64,000 bases of DNA from Octopus vulgaris (Eukaryota), in the NCBI GenBank assembly GCA_951406725.2, contig OX597818.1, positions 74,834,001 to 74,898,000 on the forward strand. Reading direction: 5' to 3'. This document shows positions 55,898 to 64,000 of the stretch, piece after piece (positions within the stretch are counted from its first letter, which is position 1; each line of letters starts with the position of its first letter). The translations under genes were made by a program, and so were the position numbers. The notes under the pieces are model-generated. The model had not been told where the DNA came from. It ran no database searches and saw only the letters and a list, made by a program, of their open reading frames with translations.

Positions 55898-58005
55898 ACT
55901 TGATAACCTCGACCGAGCAGAATGTTGGGCGTCGTATCGACACCGCTGGCCACAGCACGTCTTCCATTTCTCTCTGGATTGTGCCTTTCTCATTCACGTA
56001 ACTCCAAATGCTTGTCGCATTTCGTCAACTCACCATTTTAGAGGCCTTCCGAATGTTCCCTTTCGCTCGCGCAGATACCACTCGACAACTGCATGAGTTC
56101 GCCGATTGTCGCTGAACCGAGCGATATGTCCAGCCCATTTGAACCTTTGCTTTCTGTAATCGGTGATTATGTCTCTCATGCCAATTTTCTCTTTCATCGC
56201 TTCGCTCCGGGTGTGCTCTTTCAGCGACACGCCAGGCATCGATCTTTCCTTAGCACTTTGAGCAGTTACCAGCCTCTGGTCCTCAGTCTTCGTCGTGACT
56301 CAGGTTTCGCTTCTGTACAAAATTACAAGTAAAACCGTGCCGTTGAAGAGCTTTCCTTTAAGAAGATATTTGATGGAGTTGCACTTTCCATCCTGCCCTT
56401 ATTCTCTTCGAAAACTCCTTCTCCATGTCTCGTAGCATCTTCGCCTCTGGTCAAAGGTAGACCAATTCTTCCCCCTCCTCTACTTCATCACTCCTACCAC
56501 TATTCAGCTGAATATTCGGACCGCATGAACTTGGTTTTCATGCGGTTCATTTTGAGGCTTACTTCCGTACTTCTGATGTCCAGCTCCGTCAGTATGGTCA
56601 GCACCTGATTTGTGGTCTCTGTAATGAGAACGATGTCGTCAGCAATATGGAAGTGGTTAGATTGCTCGCCGTTGATGTTTACGCCACCTCGCCAGTCAAT
56701 GCCTGTGATGACCTGCTCGTGACTTTTAGTGAAGAGTTTCGGAAAGATAATGTCTCCTTGTTTGATGCTTTTATGGGTTACCACAGCAAAGATATGTCGG
56801 TGGTACATCCACAATTCACCTCTTGAAGAAGTTGATTGTATTGCACCTCGACTCCTTGTTCTCCAACAACTTCAACAGAGCGTTGATCTCAACTCTGTCG
56901 AAGGTCTTTTCATAATCCACGAACGCAACGCAAAGAGGTGGTCTGTATTCTTTTGTTCGCTCCAGCAACTGGATCAGAGTGAATTTATGATCCACGATAC
57001 TGTAATTCTATATGATCCATCATGTTGCAATTATTCCGCAAGCTTGTTTGTTCCCTTGTCTGATGTTCATCTAGATGTTATGATAATCGATTTAGTATTA
57101 TCTTCGAGAACAACTTGTGTACATGAGACGAGAGGTATATGGACGATAGCCCATCGCTAACTCCTTTCTTGGACAGCAGGACGGCTTTCGGCTCTTTCCA
57201 TCACATTGTTATTTTTCCTTTGTCCAGATGGTAACTAAATCGTTCGGCGAGGACCTTCTAGACCTACACTCCCCCTGACTCTTGGAGAAGACTAAGAAAC
57301 TGCTGGAGAAGTGGAAGAACATGGAATGGACCGCAGAAAGCAACCTCGAGTATTCCATTCTCAGCAGGGTGTTACGTCAACATTTGAAGAAAACCTTTGA
57401 AAAAATATATCATATTATCTGAGTAATAATAACATTATAATGTGGTGTCCAAAGCTCCTCTTCAGGCATCGGCAACCAGATGATGTTATACAGTAGGACG
57501 TCCGCGTGTGGAAATCCGTAATTATCTGTTGAATATGTACAAAATACTTTTAATATGCGATGGACTAAACAGGGTATATTATAAATCACTATAATTGTTT
57601 CAGCGCAACATTATCAGCTGGTAATTGTCGAATGTTACGTGTATTATACACATTATTGTATTATATGATTCAACAAAAGCTGTATACGTACGCATCTTCG
57701 AATGAGTCGGTTCGAAATCACTGCTAGATCATCTTTGTTTTATATCTACACCATGATATTAAATTTAGCATTCCATTGGCAAAGAAGAGGTGAGAAATGC
57801 AAAGAAGAAAGAAACCAATGATAAAAATATCAAAAGTAAATTAATGGAAAGAAAACATATTTAAAAAATGAAATGAAAAAAAAAACAAAGTCTCCCCTTA
57901 AGCAAAGTAGCACGTGCTGAAGATATTGATTCTATTATTATCTAGTGTGACAATTTAAAAATGATTGTAGATATTATCAGTGTATTTTGGCGATTTAAAT
58001 AATAG
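54800..58005 (+). pseudogene. TLR-like relic (LRR, LRRCT, TIR) split by an RTE insertion
   Basis: LLKIPQ, LQIKALLL and INSNRIQ before the RTE; after it YLSNNNIIMWCPKLLF, CGNP, HYNCFSA, E*VGSKSLLDHL, LYLHHDIKFSIPLAKK and VFWRFK. Confidence 0.45.
55893..57300 (-). mobile_element. RTE-clade LINE fragment (RT to 3' end)
   Basis: IKQGDIIFPKLFT, HFHIADDIVLI and FKWAGHIARFSDNR; same family as 46017-46615. Confidence 0.88.
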
Positions 58006-58287
58006 TTTTGAATGTTATTTTCTGCAGGTAGACATATCGCACGGTTTCAGGCTTAGTTCCCACCATCGGCAGAGAATAACTCTGGCTGAGATGGCACTGC
58101 TAAACACTCGTTCGAAAACATATATATCTTTCTAAGTGACATACACACACACTGATAGAATAAATCGAAACATTATTGTTCCGAAATCTCACAACGAGTG
58201 ATATACAGTAGCAGTACTTTAAAGTAATGAGTATTTGTCAGGCAGTCCCGATTGGGACGAATGCTACTGTTGTTTAGTCCACGTAAC

Positions 58288-58340
<53 letters not shown>

Positions 58341-58348
<8 letters not shown>

Positions 58349-58510
58349 ATGTTACATTACTCGGTAGTCAAGATAAAACTCTGAGTTTCAGATGCCGAAG
58401 TGGAAATCCACAACACCATCTCTTCGAAGAGATGGTGTTGTGGATTTCCACTTCGGCATCTGAAACTCAGAGTTTTATCTTGACTACCGAGTAATGTAAC
58501 ATATTGTATA
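58341..58510. repeat. Perfect palindrome, 85-bp arms, no spacer, centred on TTCGAA
   Basis: Axis between 58425 and 58426; the right arm continues to 58579 and matches 35690-35840; TA tracts on both sides. Confidence 0.95.
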
Positions 58511-58576
58511 GATAAATTTCCTCTATTTACATACTATTGAGGTCTCTTTCTTTCTTTTGTTATCTTACCGTTTTAT

Positions 58577-58619
<43 letters not shown>

Positions 58620-58623
<4 letters not shown>

Positions 58624-58836
58624 AGTGCTCAAAGGTTCATGGCTTTGGCTAAAAGAAAATACAAAACTACCAGTTAATTATGATTTTATTCAACATATAC
58701 CCCTCTCTGATTCACACGCATATTGCAGCGGCCCTTCAGTCTCTATAGACCCTGTGGAAGAACTCGGAATGTTGGGCCTCACTAACCAGGCCTTTCATAA
58801 TACCTTTAAGGAAGGAACTTTTCGGTATCTACTCGT
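58620..58836 (-). mobile_element. Mariner-derived MITE
   Basis: Degenerate TIRs (GAGTGCTCAAAGGTTC / GAACTTTTCGGTATCTACTCGTA); minus-strand RCNMRVNQRGVYVE* is a mariner C-terminus. Confidence 0.7.
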
Positions 58837-58870
58837 ATATGTGTGTGTGTGTACATAAACATATGTATGT

Positions 58871-58945
<75 letters not shown>

Positions 58946-58947
58946 AA

Positions 58948-59200
58948 AAAATGAAAGAATGGAGTCGAACGAAGATTTTAACAAAATTCATTTACTCTCA
59001 ACACATGTTTCGAAGACTGCATACTCTTATTTCCGAAGGAATAAAGGGTGTATTATGCCGTCTTCTCATCAGGAAAGGCAAGGAAGATGGCATAATGCAC
59101 CCTTTATTCCTTCGGAATTAAGAGTATGCAGTCTTCGAAATATGTGTTGAGAGTAAATGAATTTTGTTAAATTCTTCGTTCGACTCCATTCTTTCATTTA
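58948..59200. repeat. Inverted repeat, 118-bp arms with 5 mismatches, 17-nt spacer
   Basis: 58948-59065 versus 59083-59200; the spacer contains TCATCAG (reverse complement of CTGATGA). Confidence 0.93.
58995..59077 (-). ncRNA. Type I hammerhead ribozyme with long stem II
   Basis: Minus strand CTTTC-CTGATGA-GAAGAC..GCATA...TATGC..GTCTTC-GAAAC-ATGT-GTT-GAGAG; all core nucleotides present. Confidence 0.82.
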
Positions 59201-59399
59201 TTCATATAAAAAAAAACACAAATTACCACACAAGAACACAGGGTTTCTGCCCTTGGCATGTGGCTTCAACCGTGTTTTCTGACGTGAATTTGCTACCCAG
59301 GTATCGATTAACCGAATTATCAATACTAGGATAATTCATTCACCTACTTAAATATATATATACATATATAAGCCTTACGTTTGACTCACTTAATTTCAA

Positions 59400-59975
59400 T
59401 TAATATGTCAAGCCAATGTATGTGCATTGTGTATTTTGACATAGTTAAAGACTTTCAGATACAGAGGCTTTAAGTAATATTCGTTGATCAAATAGGTTTC
59501 ATGCGTTACTGACGTTATTATATGTTGACTCTCTCTATGACGACCAAATTTGTCGTGAAATATTCTATATTTTGTATAGACATCATTTTGAGAACTTCCT
59601 GTTTAAATGTTCATTGCATTAATCCCGGATAGGGATATATATATCAATATTGTAGTTGTCTAATACAATGTCCAGAAAAGCTGCAGGTCCTTTCCGAAAC
59701 TTCTGAACAAATCTCACATTGTTTAGACTAGTTTCGTAAAATAAGATATATATATATATGTTTAGAAAATGCATGAATAAAAATCGATAATACATTATCC
59801 CCACCACTACAATACTGCAAAAGCTGTAGCGGGATCTCGTTTCTGTATGTGCTTTTAAATGTCTAGAAATATTTCTCTGGCGGCTAGATCCATCAATCAT
59901 ACTGATATAGCAGTCTTTTATTGAGTAAATACTATTAGTAATTATACTCCAATGTAACTCACAGAATATACGCAA
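59400..59975 (-). mobile_element. Decayed PLE RT fragment
   Basis: IDGSSRQRNISRHL and RFVQKF...LDIVLDNYNID resemble PLE RT motifs; many stops. Confidence 0.4.
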
Positions 59976-60525
59976 ATAAAAAAGGCAGAATTTTGTTTTA
60001 TCTTCGGCGATACAATGTCATATTGCGTCTAGTGACATGGGCATGCCCCTATCGCCCACTAAATTCCATGTGAAGTCCAGTCGAATCAAACTGTTGTTGA
60101 ATATAGTTATAACTCTTACCTATTTCACAATATGTGTATTAAAGAAGCAATGAATTCTCTGAATAAATTCATTTTCTTACATCCGTGTCCAAAACTTACA
60201 CAAGTGTAACACTAAATACATACATTCTACGTAAATCGGGTATCAGGTAACAAAAAACGGTGAATCTAAAAATTCAAAACCTCTAAAAACAGATGAATTG
60301 TTTACAACTTCAGGACTTCATGCATTCACGTGCATCTACCACTGACCATATCATATCCATAGAATCTATAGAGAAGCTTGAAACTGAAAGAAATAAAAAA
60401 ATTTATAACAATAAAATGACATCAGCACGACATCAGCATCTCATAGAGAGAAATCCCGGACAAAGTTGGGAGAACCCGGCAATTGCATGTTTTCCGCCCA
60501 GCTGTGCTCTTAGAATTTATCCCTG

Positions 60526-60526
<1 letters not shown>

Positions 60527-60615
<89 letters not shown>

Positions 60616-60633
60616 GTGTGTGTGCGCGTGTGT
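60527..60633. repeat. (TG)n microsatellite
   Basis: Seen directly. Confidence 0.95.
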
Positions 60634-61434
60634 CAAATTGGATGTTTGTATGTTTCTTTTATGTACTCGAGAATCAAGAAACCTATTATGCTCAAACTTA
60701 ATATGCAAGTTTCTGAACCACAGGATTATATTATGCACAAACTTGGAACTTGCCCATGGACAATGTGAGGAACACAGTTCTGACCACATGAGTAAAATCG
60801 GAAATTTACGGAAAACCCTGATTAAGGATTGGGTGAAAAAGGAAATGTGTTCCTGTCCATTGCCCATGGGACGCCACATTCTTGACTGCATGAATAAAAT
60901 TGAAAATATTACGGAAAAAAACTTAATTCCTCTATAGGTTTAATGATTATGTGAAAAAGGGTATATGGCCAAGTTTTGTAGAATGTAAAGATGGGATAAA
61001 TATGGTTCAATGACTTATATTTTGTAAAAAAATTGACAAAAATTGTACTCCTCCATTTTGTGGTTGCGTTGGAAATGATTACTTACTTCATTCCATATGT
61101 ATGAAATATTTTAAGTTTCAATGAAATATCTAAATATATATGATGTAATATCTTAAAATGATGGTGCAATAATAAAGTCTGAAATTGCCTAAAGGTGTAT
61201 CATTCAATATCATATAATGCAGGTGCAATAATAAATCAAGTCTGAACTTTCTTGGAGATATTTTGAAAAAGCATAAATGTCAGAACATGTTGAATATTAT
61301 TATCAGTATGATTCCAAACTTCAACAGTGTGACATCCTTGATAAATTATAGTGATATTAGAAACCTCCCCCCCACCCCCCAAAAAATGTGCCACCTTCAT
61401 TTGGAAGAAAGAATCCTAAACTTATTTACCTAAG

Positions 61435-62430
61435 TTTGAACATCATTCCCTTCGAAATAGTAAACTTTGCATAGGAATACACCGATCCAAGCATTCCTGC
61501 CATTTTTAGGAATCTGGCCATGAAGTCGTTTTCGTAAGCCAGTCGAGGATATTCTGAGATTCGCTCTGGATCTCGACAACGGTGTTAAAACGATGGCCTT
61601 TGAGCTGCAGTTTCGCCACAAGGAAGTGACGGAAGTCCGCAAGTATTAAATCTGGAGAATAGAGCGTGTGAGGGAGTGATACCATGTCGTTTTTGGCGGA
61701 AACTCGCAAGTAAGGAAAGCTCGGTGAACAATCCAGTTTTCTGCGCGCCACAGATGCGGTCGCCTTCACTGAATGTTCTCCCTGTAACTCTTGATTGACG
61801 GTCTGGCCCTTGGGATCGAATTTTCCAAGCACAGTACCACATTTCTAGGGGTGAAACTCGTGACAGATCTTCAAAATCGCTCGTAGTCTTCCAGGGAAGT
61901 TCTTCCACCTTTGAAGCGCCCGTGCCAATCGAAATCTTTCGTACGGCCCATTGCCTTGTCGTCATAAGCTTGCCGAAGTATGTTCAATGACTTTGAAACA
62001 GATTTCGCAAATTTAACGCAAAATTGCACGTTGGCATATCTTCGATATTTTCATCAGTACTGCTGGTTTCAGGTCGAGTCTGCGTTATTATTGACATTTT
62101 GTCAGCCATGGGGGAATTCATGTCATCGTATATTCATGTTCGGATCATACACACCTCTCCATATACTACTTTCTAAAACTCAGAATTTAATCAGGATCTC
62201 TACTCAATTTTCTCTGCCACGGTTACTAATGTAAATTCTATGGAAAGGTGAGATGACAACACTCTACACACTTAACTTCGAAGCACTACTATAAGAAAGG
62301 GAAGTGAGCAAAATCGCTATAGCTTAGTTCGCAAACGTATTCAGGTTCAATCTGAGCCAAGCGACTTTACGCTGCGTACTCTAGTTCCGTTATCATATCA
62401 ACAGTCCCGATACTTTTTGATCTCACCTAG
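61435..62430 (-). mobile_element. Mariner transposon, internally deleted
   Basis: LPHTLYSPDLILADF..LKGHRFNTVVEIQ; TIR-like GTCCCGATACTTTTTGATCTCACCTAG-TA at the right end. Confidence 0.8.
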
Positions 62431-62439
62431 TATGTGGTT

Positions 62440-63605
62440 TAATGAAAGTCTTGTGGGCAACATCACCAAGAATTCGGGAATAGCTAAAGTTCTCAAATGT
62501 CAACTCATGATATGGAATGAATGTACAATGACCTAAAAGAGCCTTTGAAGTTGTTGACAGATAATTGCAAGATATTCGAAGAAATGATTCTTCAAACGGA
62601 GGTATGGCAGTTGCTCTATCTGGTGATTTTAGTCGAACCCTTCCAGTTATTTCAAAGGGAAAGAAAGCAGATGAAAGTCATGCCTGCTTTAAATCATAAC
62701 AATTCTACTTCATAAAAGTACTGAAGCTTGAAACAAATATGCGAGTATATCTTCATGGTGATAGATTATCTGGACAGTTTGCTCAAGAGTTATTAATACT
62801 AGGAGAAGGAAGAGTGCTTGTGGAAGATGCAATAAATTCGTCATCTATTTGCACAATGGAAAAATCAGAAACAGAATTCATTAATTCTAGCCTCGAATAA
62901 TGTGACAGTGAAAGCAATAAACCTTGATCTAATGTGCCTTCCTGGAACCTGCCAATAATACACACAAATATTGGCACTGTTGTTGATCCGATAAGAAATA
63001 GCAATTTATCGAGTCGAGTTTTCAAATTGACTAGAACAAGAAGGTTTACCTCCTCATAAGCTTGACTTGAAATTTGAAACTCTTATAATGCTTCTAAGAA
63101 ATTGAGAAACTCCAAAATATTGTAACTAAACAAGACTTATAGTGATGAAAATTATGCTTTCTGTTATACAAGCTACTACACTCAGTATGTAGAACACATT
63201 ATAATTTATTCATTTCAATAATTCAGGAGATGCCGATTGATTTACCATCAATAGAGTTTAAAAGGGCATGGATTTCAATTAGGCAGGCATTATCAATAAG
63301 TGGTTTGCAACTAGAGGAACCTATTTCTATGTTGGATGCGCACGTACTGGAAGTTCTAAATTTTTTCATTTATACCACATTGGGAAAAGCTCATGATGTT
63401 TCATATAATAAAGAAATCTTACCACAATTTGGTTTGTCTGTATTTTCTGATTTAAGATTATTATTGCTGATGATCACGCAGAATCTGTTATAACCGTAAT
63501 GTTAAAATTACTAATCACAATCAGTATTAAAAAACTATATCAAGTTAAAAATGAAATTTCATTCCTTTCTTTTCTTAACACAGTAACACCGAGTACTTCT
63601 GCTAG
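62440..63605 (+). mobile_element. Helitron PIF1-helicase relic with 3' terminus
   Basis: LLSGDFS.TLPVISKG, LKLETNMRV, FAQELLILGEG, GLPPHKL..IMLLRN and DLPSIEFKR; ends in a decayed hairpin plus CTAGT at 63601-63606. Confidence 0.82.
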
Positions 63606-63629
63606 TGTGTGTATATGTATGTATGTCTA

Positions 63630-63826
<197 letters not shown>

Positions 63827-63829
63827 GTA

Positions 63830-64000
63830 CAGGGGGCGGTGAATAAACTAAATTACGAAAAAATGAAAATGACACTGACATCTCATTTTAGCAGATATAT
63901 TTACCAAAATTGCATAAAGATGTCTTGAAATACAAAAGAGTAAATTTATTCAATAGATCAAATCGCCACGGCCTCCAAACGACTTTGGAATCTCCTGCAA
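63830..64000 (-). mobile_element. 3' end of a Tc1/maT-like transposon running off the window
   Basis: TA-CAGGGGGCGG terminus; minus-strand CRRFQSRLEAV...IE* C-terminal motif. Confidence 0.7.

Noticed and set aside
58010-58135. Strong acceptor TTTTCTGCAG and a short open frame (similar case at 23075-23175)
   Set aside because: No recognisable product or partner exons.
60293-60937. 214-aa ORF
   Set aside because: Held open by a (TG)n tract; only the N-terminal part has a weak LRR-like look.

Overview
AT-rich, microsatellite-saturated eukaryotic DNA; the SINE, Dong/R4, RTE and Penelope repertoire points to a coleoid cephalopod, probably Octopus (inference). I see no intact host gene. Most long ORFs in the track are microsatellite translations or transposon fragments. 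The window holds Tc1/mariner elements and MITEs, a Helitron helicase relic, L1/Tx1, RTE and many Dong/R4 LINE pieces, at least three SINE families and many Penelope-like (PLE) fragments. Two less obvious layers stand out. (1) At least six hammerhead-ribozyme (HHR) motifs lie in short PLE-terminus-like units set in (TA)n tracts. Three of them are long fold-back palindromes (31828-31992, 58341-58510, 58948-59200) whose axis sits at or just 5' of the CUGANGA box, and two families carry a CCGANGA core variant. (2) Heavily decayed LRR, LRRNT/LRRCT, transmembrane and TIR-like fragments on both strands suggest a graveyard of Toll-like receptor copies between the transposons. All calls were made by eye; boundaries of decayed elements are approximate.
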